A stretch of DNA of 59,096 nucleotides from a virus (taxonomy: Duplodnaviria > Caudoviricetes): the IMG/VR virus record IMGVR_UViG_3300032024_000077, positions 1 through 59,096 of that record. The stretch is one strand, 5' to 3'. Below, one piece after another: positions 1 through 8,861 of this stretch. Both the position numbers and the translations under genes were made by a program. Each line of letters opens with the position of its first letter. Position 1 is the first letter of the stretch. The notes beneath the pieces were generated by a model that saw only the letters and a list, made by a program, of their open reading frames with translations, made no database searches and was not told the origin of the DNA.

Positions 1-55
1 TCCTCGTCTTTCAGCAGCGCGGCACTGATCGTGGCGGCGCGCTCGCCGTCGAACC
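1..55. repeat. Terminal direct repeat (copy 1), likely assembly overlap of a circular contig
   Basis: Bases 1-55 are identical to 59042-59096, and the pol ORF stays in frame across the join. Confidence 0.95.
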
Positions 56-1268
56 GAAACCCGTTGACACCCATCTGGCGACAGATAGCCGCGGAGTCCT
101 TGTCGGACTCGTAGACGCGCTGGTCGTTCGCGTCCATTGTGCTCTTGAGCTTCTCCCAAGCCTGCGCAGTGTAGAGCCCGTCGCGGCCATTGTACTGCCA
201 CAGCTCCTCAAGCGAGACGTCGTGCTTCCACTCTTTCCACGGCGGCGCGTCGATGTAGCAGGCGACGACGTGACCGAGGCGTTTCGGGAACAGGCTCGTG
301 ATGACGTGATAGCCGAGCAACGAGTCATCCCACTTGTCGATGATGATGCCTTCGCGCTCCAGGCCGGTGTGGTCGTACGCTGGGCCGTTATGGGAAATCA
401 CGGTGCGTGTGGCGAACGCTTCATTGATGAGTGCGACGACGCGCTCGTGGTTGCCGTTGAAGAACCGCCCGTCGCCGGCCTGCGTGCGGCTCCACGGCAC
501 TACAACCGCCGTCTTCGTATCGGAGACGACGAGGCAGGTGATCTTGTTGGTGTGGATGTCCGGGCCGCGCGACTTGTTGTCGCCGCACGCCTCGACCGTC
601 TCTATGTCGACCACCACGTCATGAGCTAACTGCGGGAGCGCGGCAGCAAGCTCGTCGTAGCTCTTGGCAACAACGATGCGGCTACCTGGCAACTTCTCTG
701 GAGCAACGAAACCGTCACGGGCAATGCGGCCGGCGCGGTCAACGTCAGCCTCGAAGATCGGCATCCACAGCTCGGCTTTGAGGATGAAGCCAGGGTGCAG
801 CGCTGCAATGATGTCATAGTCGTCTCGGTTGTTGATTCGGAGCGGGTCGTCGGGCGCCAGCACTGAACCACGGAACCGTAAGATGGCCGGCTTGCGCGTC
901 ATCCCCGAAGCGCTCTGTAACGCCAACGCGCCGGCTGCCAACACGGCTGGTGGCTCAACGGAGGCCAGCTCTTGCAGGAGCCGCGGAGCGCAGCACTTGC
1001 GCGCCTTCGCTTGATCCTTCTCGTCAACCTGACACAGAATCGCTTTCGTCCAGTGGACGTCTTCGCGCTTCAGGCCACACAGTCGGCGTAGCGTGCCGCT
1101 TAGCAGCCGCCCCGGGCCGCCAATGAACTGGCGCCCCGCTTCGATCTCGGCATAGCCGGGCGCCTCACCCACCACCGCAAGATGAAGGCGCCCGGAGGCT
1201 GGCTCTGGAGGCACGAACGGACGATCTAGTCCAGGACAGTGCTCGCAGTCAGCTCCGGGCGCCTTCAT
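1..1268 (-). CDS. DNA polymerase family A, 5' part: family-4 uracil-DNA-glycosylase-like domain plus 3'-5' exonuclease (continues at 59041-57913)
   Basis: Manual translation from ATG 1268: MKAPGADCEHCP...VVGEAPG...ALHP (UDG4), VVVDIET, SHNGPAYD, YNGRD (Exo I-III). In frame with the 57913..59007 ORF, about 798 aa in total. Absent from the ORF track because it wraps. Confidence 0.9.
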   Translation of the reverse strand, partial: MKAPGADCEHCPGLDRPFVPPEPASGRLHLAVVGEAPGYAEIEAGRQFIGGPGRLLSGTLRRLCGLKREDVHWTKAILCQVDEKDQAKARKCCAPRLLQELASVEPPAVLAAGALALQSASGMTRKPAILRFRGSVLAPDDPLRINNRDDYDIIAALHPGFILKAELWMPIFEADVDRAGRIARDGFVAPEKLPGSRIVVAKSYDELAAALPQLAHDVVVDIETVEACGDNKSRGPDIHTNKITCLVVSDTKTAVVVPWSRTQAGDGRFFNGNHERVVALINEAFATRTVISHNGPAYDHTGLEREGIIIDKWDDSLLGYHVITSLFPKRLGHVVACYIDAPPWKEWKHDVSLEELWQYNGRDGLYTAQAWEKLKSTMDANDQRVYESDKDSAAICRQMGVNGFRFDGERAATISAALLKDE

Positions 1269-1284
1269 CGCTCCCCCACCCTGC

Positions 1285-1812
1285 TCATGCCTGCGCGATG
1301 TCAGCAGCCTTGCGCGGCCGGCGCGCAGTCGCCCCACCAGCGCCGTTGGACGCTGCGGAAGCCTCAGCAGCCACCTTCGAGGCGTTGAGGTAGCGGTCGA
1401 TGCGGAGAGCCGTCTTCTCCTCACCGTTCTTCTCGTACTTCTCGTGCTTCACCTTCGTGAAGACACCCTCCTTGGCCGCCTTGACGATCTCGCGGCACCA
1501 GTCCTCAGCCTCTTCCACGGAGCTTCCGCCGAGGGGCTCGATGTCAAGCGCTTCCGACAGAATCTTGACGCGGAAGAGAGCAGCCTGCGTGAGCACCACG
1601 TTGTCGGTGACCTTGCGGAACGGCTTGAGCGCTTCGCCGTTCGCATCCTCGAACAGCTCGACCGACAACTTGATCATCGGCTTGCCCTCCTTGGTTGCGT
1701 GCGGCTCCGCACTCGCGATCCGAGCCTTGTAGAGCCCAGGCTCCAGAGGCGCCGGCGCATCAGTCGAGACGCCGTCGTAGTTGAACTTCGTATTGTCGGT
1801 CCAGCCCTTCAT
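1285..1812 (-). CDS. DUF669-like putative ssDNA-binding protein
   Basis: PLEPGLYKARI...TKEGKPMIKL pattern; next to the Sak4-like ATPase; ATG 1812 with GGAG RBS. Confidence 0.6.
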   Translation of the reverse strand: MKGWTDNTKFNYDGVSTDAPAPLEPGLYKARIASAEPHATKEGKPMIKLSVELFEDANGEALKPFRKVTDNVVLTQAALFRVKILSEALDIEPLGGSSVEEAEDWCREIVKAAKEGVFTKVKHEKYEKNGEEKTALRIDRYLNASKVAAEASAASNGAGGATARRPRKAADIAQA

Positions 1813-1905
1813 GTTTTTCTCTTCTCCTGTTGTTGCGTCGTGTCGTGAATTGGTCGCCGTGGCGTTGCTGCTTACTGCGCAGTCGCCCGCCACGACGGTA
1901 CTCTT

Positions 1906-2295
1906 TCAGTAGCCCTGCGGCACCTCCGCGAAGGTGACGCCGTGCTTCTTCTCCAGCACGGCCAGCAGCTCTACTGCGGCGTCGTCAGACAGCTTCAGCT
2001 CTGGCACCGGCCGGCCAAGCGCCCTGTAGACGGTGCCCATCTGCATGACTTCGTCGATCGCACCGGGGTCCAATGCGAGGTAGAAGCTCGTTGCTTCCAG
2101 CACGCACAGCACGACACTGAGCGTGTCTGCGCGAGCTGCTTTGAGGCCGACCTCTTGTCGACGCGCCTCGAACGTCATGGCCAAGCCGTCCATGAGCGTC
2201 TTCGTCAGAGACTTGATGTACGCGGCCGTTTCAGTCTGCTGCTGCTCGGCGTACTCTGCGGCGTCTTTGTCACAACAGTCGAAGTGATCCATCAT
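1906..2295 (-). CDS. Hypothetical protein
   Basis: MMDHFDCC... start overlaps the stop of the upstream gene. Confidence 0.6.
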   Translation of the reverse strand: MMDHFDCCDKDAAEYAEQQQTETAAYIKSLTKTLMDGLAMTFEARRQEVGLKAARADTLSVVLCVLEATSFYLALDPGAIDEVMQMGTVYRALGRPVPELKLSDDAAVELLAVLEKKHGVTFAEVPQGY

Positions 2296-2960
2296 GGTGT
2301 GATCCCCAGCTCTTTCAGTAGTAGCCCGACGTCTGCCGGGATGGCCTTGTTTTCGTCTGAATTGCGCCCGCCGCTGAGCCCGGAGGCTGACGGGCCTATG
2401 TGGAACGCACGATCTGGGTCGCGCTTTGGATTGTAGTCCAGGTGAACGATGTCGTGGATCAACGCTGGCACGTCTTTCTTCAACTTGCCGTCCAGTGTCA
2501 GCTGACCGTCTTGAAGGTCGTAGTGGCCGAGTATGAACAGGTGGGCCTGCGTCTGCCGCAACGTATTGAAGCCCGACAGGAAGCACTGAAGCGTCTCGCG
2601 CCAGATGTCGAAGCCGTTGAACTTCCGCCCCATCTCGACGCTCAGCACGTTGTTGACGAGCAGCGTCACGGTGTCGACGACGACGCTCTTGATCTTGCCG
2701 GCTGCCGCCATTTCCTTCGCGGCCTTGCAGCCCTTGAGCCACAGCTCACAGCTGTCGACGTCGAGGATGAGCAAGTCCTTGGCACCGTGCCGCTTGGCGG
2801 CCATCGGCGCACCTTGGCCGTCAGCGTTCAGGACCGCGATGGGACCGGGCGCCGTGGTGAGCACGCTGGTCGTCTTGCCGACTTTGCGGTCACCAGTCAG
2901 GAGGATGCGCGCGAACGCGCTCTCCTGAAGCTCTTTGTCGGAGTAGAACAAGTCACTCAT
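2292..2960 (-). CDS. AAA_24/Sak4-like recombination ATPase
   Basis: Walker A GDRKVGKT, Walker B VVVDT; context between nuclease and SSB. Confidence 0.75.
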   Translation of the reverse strand: MSDLFYSDKELQESAFARILLTGDRKVGKTTSVLTTAPGPIAVLNADGQGAPMAAKRHGAKDLLILDVDSCELWLKGCKAAKEMAAAGKIKSVVVDTVTLLVNNVLSVEMGRKFNGFDIWRETLQCFLSGFNTLRQTQAHLFILGHYDLQDGQLTLDGKLKKDVPALIHDIVHLDYNPKRDPDRAFHIGPSASGLSGGRNSDENKAIPADVGLLLKELGITP

Positions 2961-3301
2961 GCGCCACCTTCAGTCATGTAGTTGTTGACACCGTTGCTGC
3001 CAGCGGGCTTGGGTTCGCTCGTCGCTTTCTTCGCAACGCGCCCCTTGCGGCTCTTGGCGAACGTCTTCGAGTGGTTCTCCAGCTCCGCGTAGACGGCGTC
3101 GAAGCGCTCCTCGATCGTGTCCTCCAAGCTGCCCGTTGCCGCACGAGCACTAACCGCCAACTGATGGGCGCTGTTGGCGTTGTTGATGGCTGCTGTGGTG
3201 CGTGCGGCTGCGGCTTTGGCTGCCCGGGCGTTGCTCCAGGCGTACCCGACAGCGCAAGCCGAGAAGCCGAGGGAGGCGAGACTGAAGATCATTGAATCCA
3301 T
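2957..3301 (-). CDS. Hypothetical protein with N-terminal membrane anchor
   Basis: Hydrophobic N-terminus, coiled-coil character, GGAG RBS, coupled to the next gene. Confidence 0.6.
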   Translation of the reverse strand: MDSMIFSLASLGFSACAVGYAWSNARAAKAAAARTTAAINNANSAHQLAVSARAATGSLEDTIEERFDAVYAELENHSKTFAKSRKGRVAKKATSEPKPAGSNGVNNYMTEGGA

Positions 3302-3328
3302 TGGTGTCTCCGTGTGCTTGTGGTGGAG

Positions 3329-3439
3329 CTGACTACTGCAACCGGCAGAAACCGCGGACTCGACACGTCCTATGGACGTCGTCCTTTCCAGTACACGGGG
3401 GAGGTACCGCGCCTCCGTTCTGCCGGTTGCAGTAGTCAG
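3329..3439 (-). repeat. 22-bp perfect inverted repeat enclosing two small hairpins; candidate structured RNA
   Basis: CTGACTACTGCAACCGGCAGAA (3329-3350) pairs with TTCTGCCGGTTGCAGTAGTCAG (3418-3439). Confidence 0.85.
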
Positions 3440-3454
3440 TTCGTTCGTTTGGGA

Positions 3455-3482
3455 TCAGACATCCCCGTCAGCCGAAAGTTCC
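3455..3482 (-). promoter_or_regulatory. ECF-sigma-type promoter P1
   Basis: GGAACTT-N15-GTCTGA. Confidence 0.7.
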
Positions 3483-4309
3483 CGACCAGTGCGCAGCGTG
3501 TAGAGCTGCTCGCGATCCTCGTCGGTGCCGTGGCAGAACTCGAAGTAGTCGCAGCGGAAGCCGACAGGCGGGGCGCAGGCGTCGCGATTGGCGCAAGACA
3601 GGCCGAACATCTGCTCGCCCTCGATCTGTTCCGCTTCCCACTTGAGCAGTTCGGCCTCGGTAACGAGCACGGGAACGCGCAGGAACACGGGCGTCTTGTT
3701 TTTGACTACGATGTCGTACAGTACGCCCGGCACGTCGCCGTAGGTCTTCCACCCACAGTAGGCCAGCGAAAGGCACTGGTCCCAGGTTCGACGCTCAGCG
3801 GCAAGCTCGTCGATGGTGCCTGACGGGGTGCGGCCCGCGGTCTTGGTTTCTGCGAGCCACCGAACTCCGGCATCATCTACCAAAACGGCGTCAGCAATCG
3901 CCCCGAAGCCACCGTAAGCGCGGTGCAGGTCGTCACCAAGCAGCACTTTCTCCGCACCTTCGACTACCAGAGAACCGTAGCCCGCGTTCTCAAGCCCGTA
4001 CCGCTGCATGTACGCCCTGACGAGTCGCGTGATCTCTAGACTAGCCGGCCCGGAGGAACACTCAGCGCGAGCCGTCTCGATGGCTTGCTGCCAGCACTCC
4101 TCGGTCGTTTCACCGCCTCGGAGCACTTCCAGCGTCACCAGCTCACGGGCGCGGTGGAAGCCGGTCCCGATGAGCAGGGCGTCGCTCGGCGCCCCTTTGG
4201 CTACGAGCCCGTGCTGGTATCGGAGCTTGTGGGCTTTTGGGCAGCGGTGCAGGAGGGACTTCTGAGAAGTGCTCCACGCGCCTTCGGGCCAGTCTTTACT
4301 ACGGCTCAT
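3455..4309 (-). CDS. PD-(D/E)XK (RecB/Cas4-like) exonuclease
   Basis: RCP..H, GTGFH, IADAV..ETKT, C-terminal Cys cluster. Confidence 0.8.
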   Translation of the reverse strand: MSRSKDWPEGAWSTSQKSLLHRCPKAHKLRYQHGLVAKGAPSDALLIGTGFHRARELVTLEVLRGGETTEECWQQAIETARAECSSGPASLEITRLVRAYMQRYGLENAGYGSLVVEGAEKVLLGDDLHRAYGGFGAIADAVLVDDAGVRWLAETKTAGRTPSGTIDELAAERRTWDQCLSLAYCGWKTYGDVPGVLYDIVVKNKTPVFLRVPVLVTEAELLKWEAEQIEGEQMFGLSCANRDACAPPVGFRCDYFEFCHGTDEDREQLYTLRTGRELSADGDV

Positions 4310-5066
4310 TGTTCTCCATCTGACACGGAACCAACGGTACGCCTTGGGTCAGATAGTTGATTGCGCGCGTCATCAGATCTGCGTCGTCGTTGAAGTAACC
4401 GAGGGCCAGATTACAGCTTCTGCACAGCAGTCCCCGTACTTGTCCCGTGGTGTGGTTGTGGTCAACTGCGGCAGCTTCGCGACCACAACCGAGAGCGCAC
4501 ACATGATTCTGGTACGCACGCTGCGCAACAAGCCATTCCAGAGACACACCGTACTTCGTCTTCAGTACGTGCCGCCTAGTGGCATCGCTTTTGCAGAACA
4601 GGCAACAGCGCCACGTTTTACCACGCCTGGTGACCATTCGAGAGTTTTCCTCAGTGCGCAGCGCCCCGCACTTCCCGCACGTTCCGAATGTTTTCACCAT
4701 TGGTGTACTCGGTGTTATAGTCGCGGCAATCTGCACGCTCGGCTGCCTTTCCTTCTTATAAGAAGGGAAAGGCTTGCCAGAACAGGCTTTGCCAGAAGGG
4801 TTTTGGCAGGAAGAAAAGGCTTCCGTTCTGGCAAACCCGTTTGCCGTGGCAAACCCTTTGCCAGTCGTTTTTGGGTCGACGTGAAACTCCGTACGCGGCA
4901 CTTTTGCGCCGATTTCTTGAGCGGTCTTGGTCGAGGGTGGCAAGAGGAAAAACTTGCTGGTCGCGTCGAATTGTGGGAGATGCACATACTCGTCGGTGAG
5001 CTGTTTGATGGCGCGATCGCGCTCCTCGGCGTTGCGGTACGGGTAGCAGCTCACAGCTGCCTCCAC
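4299..5066 (-). CDS. Endonuclease VII-type HNH nuclease (true start may be ATG 4700)
   Basis: KYGVS...QNHVCALGC...VDHNHTTGQVRGLLCRSCNLALG. Confidence 0.75.
   Translation of the reverse strand: MEAAVSCYPYRNAEERDRAIKQLTDEYVHLPQFDATSKFFLLPPSTKTAQEIGAKVPRTEFHVDPKTTGKGFATANGFARTEAFSSCQNPSGKACSGKPFPSYKKERQPSVQIAATITPSTPMVKTFGTCGKCGALRTEENSRMVTRRGKTWRCCLFCKSDATRRHVLKTKYGVSLEWLVAQRAYQNHVCALGCGREAAAVDHNHTTGQVRGLLCRSCNLALGYFNDDADLMTRAINYLTQGVPLVPCQMENNEP
4745..4864. repeat. AT-centred palindrome plus about seven TTGCC(A)/TGGCAA-like repeats; candidate origin
   Basis: GCCTTTCCTTCTTA/TAAGAAGGGAAAGGC at 4745-4773, followed by clustered TTGCCAG and CTGGCAAA in both orientations. Confidence 0.55.
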
Positions 5067-5278
5067 ATGTCGACGAACTGGTTGCCGGGCACCGGGATGA
5101 CGAAGACGGCGCGGAGCCCGCCAAAGCCCCTCCTGGCTGCCCTAACCGCCTTCCACTGGTGGCTGAACCAGCCCAGGACCGCGCCGTCACTGCGGCGGTC
5201 GACGCGCCAGGGGAGGGCGTTGGGCTTCACCATGTTGGACAGGAAATAGTCGTTGTTGCTCATGCGGCCCTCACTCAT
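5051..5278 (-). CDS. Hypothetical protein
   Basis: Small ORF in a tightly packed minus-strand run. Confidence 0.45.
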   Translation of the reverse strand: MSEGRMSNNDYFLSNMVKPNALPWRVDRRSDGAVLGWFSHQWKAVRAARRGFGGLRAVFVIPVPGNQFVDMWRQL

Positions 5279-5356
5279 CCACGTTGCAGTAGTGCATCAC
5301 CAGTAGCGACAGCGCGAAGACGACGAACAAGCCGGCGCCCAGGAGGTCTTCGGTAC

Positions 5357-5551
5357 TCACAGGTCCTTCTCCCGAATCCCCAGCTTCGCGGATAACGACA
5401 TGATCAAGTCGTCGACTGCTTCGGTTCGGCTTGCTCCGCAGTGCTCGCAGCGATAGGCCAGCAGCCAGTCCCCATACCGTAGCATCGTCGCCTTCGCCAG
5501 GTGGAAATGGTGGTGACCCAATAGCCAGCACTTGAAGCGTTTCCACCTCAT
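5357..5551 (-). CDS. Small Cys/His protein (CWLLGH...CxxC, DUF1660-like)
   Basis: KCWLLGHH...RCEHCG. Confidence 0.55.
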   Translation of the reverse strand: MRWKRFKCWLLGHHHFHLAKATMLRYGDWLLAYRCEHCGASRTEAVDDLIMSLSAKLGIREKDL

Positions 5552-5769
5552 GGCGCGTTCCTCACCGACTTGCAGTACGATTGCAAGCTAGCGTATGCGT
5601 TCTCTAGGTCGCGGCACAGGATCGCCAACTTCATGTCGCGACCCCGAAGCTCGTTGGCCCACTTGCGAAACGTGTCTCGCGAACTGTCACACGTGTAGCC
5701 GGTGCCGTAGTCCAGCACGGTCTCACGGGTATCAACCGGCGTTCCGTAATCACCAAACATGGCAGTCAC
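5548..5769 (-). CDS. Hypothetical protein
   Basis: Coupled small ORF with AAGGG RBS. Confidence 0.5.
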   Translation of the reverse strand: MTAMFGDYGTPVDTRETVLDYGTGYTCDSSRDTFRKWANELRGRDMKLAILCRDLENAYASLQSYCKSVRNAP

Positions 5770-5864
5770 CCTTTCGTTCAGTCATATCGACCTCCGCGCG
5801 TACAAGCGAATCATCAGCGCCGTCATGGCAGTCACCAGCGCGATCTTGAGAAACAGCTCCCAAG

Positions 5865-7463
5865 TCATTCGCCCCTCCGCGGCGCCAGCTCGATCGTCCG
5901 GCCCCCGTCACTGCTTCGCTTTTCTACCAACACGCCCCGTTCGACACCCTTGTCAATCAGTTTCTTGGCTTGCGCTTGGTTGAGCCTGAGCGCCGCCCCG
6001 ATCGAGCTTCGCGTCAGGGGGCCTTGCGTGCTAAGTAGGGCTGACACCGACAGGCCGCCGCGAACGTATGTACGGTCACCTTCATCTACCACAGACACCG
6101 ACAGTGTGGGCTCCGCCATTTCCCACCCGCGGGTCTTCCGCCAGCTCACGAGCGAGACGTCCGCCTCCCGCTCGACGTCCAAGATCGAGTCAGCGGTCGC
6201 TTCGATCTCGGTCGAACCGCGCATCGCGCCGTCGTTCTTACGAGAGTGGTGGACGATGACGATAGCAGCGCCCCACATGGCCATGCGCTTAAGCTGTCCC
6301 ATCACGCGCGCCATTTCCTGCGAGCTGCTTTCGTCGCCCGTGTGCGCCTGCCGTAGCGAATCAACAATGATGACCGCTGGGCGCAGCGCATAGACCATCG
6401 ACTCCAGTGGCGCGTAAGCGTCCGGGAGCTGTAGCACCGCTGGCAACGGCTCGGGCGGGTTATGCGCCCCGAAGCTGTGAACCCACAGTCGATCTTGCCG
6501 CGTGAGCCCAAGTCGGAGAAAGCGCCGCGCGCACTCCGGATGCGGATTGTCGAAGTTCAGGATCATCGCGCTCGGGTGCAGCCCCGCAGTCGGCACGCCG
6601 AAGCCCAACCAGTCGCGTTGCTGCACTACTGCCAGCGCAAGGTCATACGCAAGCCAAGACTTCGCGCTATTGTGAACAACGAAGTCGTTCGCCAGGAAGT
6701 TGTGCGGGTCGCCTACAACCTCTAGGTCGTACGTCATAGCTGATCCAACAGTCTTGATTGACACGATTCGCTCGTAACCAATTCGCTGCAAGCAGTCGTA
6801 TGTTTCTTGCATCAACGCATGTGTTTTAGCGTGCTCGTACTTAGTCAACGTTTCCAGGCCAACGTTGACGGCTACGTAATCGCCAACGCGCAGACTGCCT
6901 AGCGGTACGTACGCACCACCAAACCGTAAGAATGGGTGGTCGGCCGTGGCTTTGATCGTACGCCCGCTATCCGTCGTTAGCTCATACAGCTCTTTGACAC
7001 CAGACTCCCACACTGCTGCTAAATCCGCTAGTTGCACAACGCCGCCAACAGCTCGCGGTACGCGGGTTACAACGTCCGTGCGCCACGGACGCCCTACCAA
7101 GTCAGCCCGTGCTACGCCATTCTGTTTATCGTGCAGATCGCGCAGTGTTGATTTACGGCTCGCGCTACCACGATTAACCTGAATCATGGTATCGCCAGCC
7201 AGGCAACCGGGTTTTCCAACCGCGAAGGAAACCGCTGACGCTGGGACCGCGTTCGGTACCAACCAGTCCGGCTCCAGCTTCGCACAGTCCAACAGCTCAT
7301 TGGAACTTTGCAGGTAGATCGACGCGAGACGCTGGCCCTCTTCAAGCCGCTTCTGCTCCTGCTCCGACAGCGCGTCATGCTGCGGCTCGAACGCTTCGCC
7401 GTCCTCGCCATCGTCGTAGCGCTCCTCGGCCTCGAACTCGTCGTTGTAGTCTTCAGCAGCCAC
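5865..7463 (-). CDS. RepA/AAA_25-type replicative helicase containing an intein
   Basis: Spliced Walker A GKPG|SAKS, IIVDSL, VHHSRK, MRGST. Confidence 0.85.
   Translation of the reverse strand: MAAEDYNDEFEAEERYDDGEDGEAFEPQHDALSEQEQKRLEEGQRLASIYLQSSNELLDCAKLEPDWLVPNAVPASAVSFAVGKPGCLAGDTMIQVNRGSASRKSTLRDLHDKQNGVARADLVGRPWRTDVVTRVPRAVGGVVQLADLAAVWESGVKELYELTTDSGRTIKATADHPFLRFGGAYVPLGSLRVGDYVAVNVGLETLTKYEHAKTHALMQETYDCLQRIGYERIVSIKTVGSAMTYDLEVVGDPHNFLANDFVVHNSAKSWLAYDLALAVVQQRDWLGFGVPTAGLHPSAMILNFDNPHPECARRFLRLGLTRQDRLWVHSFGAHNPPEPLPAVLQLPDAYAPLESMVYALRPAVIIVDSLRQAHTGDESSSQEMARVMGQLKRMAMWGAAIVIVHHSRKNDGAMRGSTEIEATADSILDVEREADVSLVSWRKTRGWEMAEPTLSVSVVDEGDRTYVRGGLSVSALLSTQGPLTRSSIGAALRLNQAQAKKLIDKGVERGVLVEKRSSDGGRTIELAPRRGE
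6669..7205 (-). mobile_element. Mini-intein (179 aa) inserted in the helicase P-loop
   Basis: Starts CLAGDT, block B TADHPF, ends HNFLANDFVVHN followed by Ser. Confidence 0.92.
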
Positions 7464-8112
7464 TTACCACTCCAATCGGCGAAAACGCCGCGCGAAACCG
7501 CTCTGGAACGCGGCCGTCGATGGTGACGCACGTGATGAAATTGCCGTGCGTCGGGCTGTTGCCTGGGTAGCGCCGCTCGCCGCGCTTCATGGCGCTCTCG
7601 ACCTTGGCGCGCTTGGTGGTCAGCGCGGCGTACTTGGCTTCAGTCATCAGCTCGTCACTCGCCAGACGATTCTTCAGTGCCGTGTACAGCTCCGCCGCGT
7701 TCACGTCGAACTTGATGCGCTGCTTCGGAACGCACGTCGGAAACCGCAGCGGGTGCCGATAGCCTTTGGATTGGCACGTCTGGAGGATTTCCAGCGAGAA
7801 GCCCACGAAGATCGCGCTCCAGCTACCCGAGGCCAGCTCCCACTCGGACACGAGCTTGTGCCACCACGCGCTAGCGCCGCCGGGATTGTCGTCACTGCGC
7901 CCTGGCGGGTTCACGAACAGCGGTCCGAACCACGGCCGCACGAGCCCCTCCCTGGGGTAGAAGTTGCGCGCGCACACGGTCGCATTGCCAAAGGCATCGC
8001 TGGCCGGGTCCAACAGAATTTCGCCGCCTAGCGTGTCCACTGCCCGCTGGACGATGTCCTCCGGCGTGTAGTGCATCACCGATTCAGCGCTGTGCAACGA
8101 ATTGCTTGTCAT
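7453..8112 (-). CDS. Phage Dam-like N6-adenine DNA methyltransferase (atypical NPPG motif)
   Basis: HYTP, LDPAS, FVNPPG, RIKF. Confidence 0.7.
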   Translation of the reverse strand: MTSNSLHSAESVMHYTPEDIVQRAVDTLGGEILLDPASDAFGNATVCARNFYPREGLVRPWFGPLFVNPPGRSDDNPGGASAWWHKLVSEWELASGSWSAIFVGFSLEILQTCQSKGYRHPLRFPTCVPKQRIKFDVNAAELYTALKNRLASDELMTEAKYAALTTKRAKVESAMKRGERRYPGNSPTHGNFITCVTIDGRVPERFRAAFSPIGVVSGC

Positions 8113-8861
8113 TGTCGATCTATCTCCTGCGTGTCGCGCAACCACCAAGCTTCAGGCGAATACTTACGCGCACCTTTTTGTACCCCAGGAGAACATTTCA
8201 CCAAAAACGGGACTGGTGTGAAAGGTAGCCATGTCGCACCGACTTGCTCGCACACAATTACTTGGCCGCGCCTGGCCTTGCACCAGGTGCCTAAGGCAGT
8301 AAAGTCGATCTGTCGATTCGAGTACCTATAGTGCTTACCGTGAACTTGGTACGGTGGATCAATGAACCAGGTGGCCGGAAAGTCGCACGAACAGTCTTCG
8401 TAGCTTCCCTCTACAATGCGCCAATGTTTGATTGCGTTGACCTGGGATGCGACACGATCTCTTAGGACTGGGCCCCAAAACTGTGCTTGATGAGATCGCG
8501 CCTCCCCGACCGTACGCATCCATGAACACGGTGATCGTCCAGGCGCCGCAGCGCCTTGTTGCAGGTAAAATCCGATTAGACTTCGTGCGCCAGGCGCTAA
8601 GTTGAATTGATCAATGTGATCGTCTGCCTTCAAAAGTGGTAGCGCTGCGATCTCGTCTGGTTGTGCCGCGATCAAATAGCGCCAAAGTTCCGCAATCACA
8701 GGATCACGTTCGATCAAAACCACATTGCGCTCCGCGTAGCGGACACTGTACCCAGCACTGCCTGCGAACGGCTCTACGATTGTGTCGTGTTTAGGTGCTG
8801 GGTAACGTGGAGCCGCGCGCCATTTACCACCAAAGAAGCTGAAAAATGGCTTTAAAGACAT
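8109..8861 (-). CDS. D12-class N6-adenine DNA methyltransferase
   Basis: FFGGKW, EPFAGSAG, FIDPPY. Confidence 0.85.
   Translation of the reverse strand: MSLKPFFSFFGGKWRAAPRYPAPKHDTIVEPFAGSAGYSVRYAERNVVLIERDPVIAELWRYLIAAQPDEIAALPLLKADDHIDQFNLAPGARSLIGFYLQQGAAAPGRSPCSWMRTVGEARSHQAQFWGPVLRDRVASQVNAIKHWRIVEGSYEDCSCDFPATWFIDPPYQVHGKHYRYSNRQIDFTALGTWCKARRGQVIVCEQVGATWLPFTPVPFLVKCSPGVQKGARKYSPEAWWLRDTQEIDRQ

Noticed and set aside
3455-4309. Cas4 or CRISPR association
   Set aside because: No repeat-spacer array or other cas genes; the context is a phage recombination module
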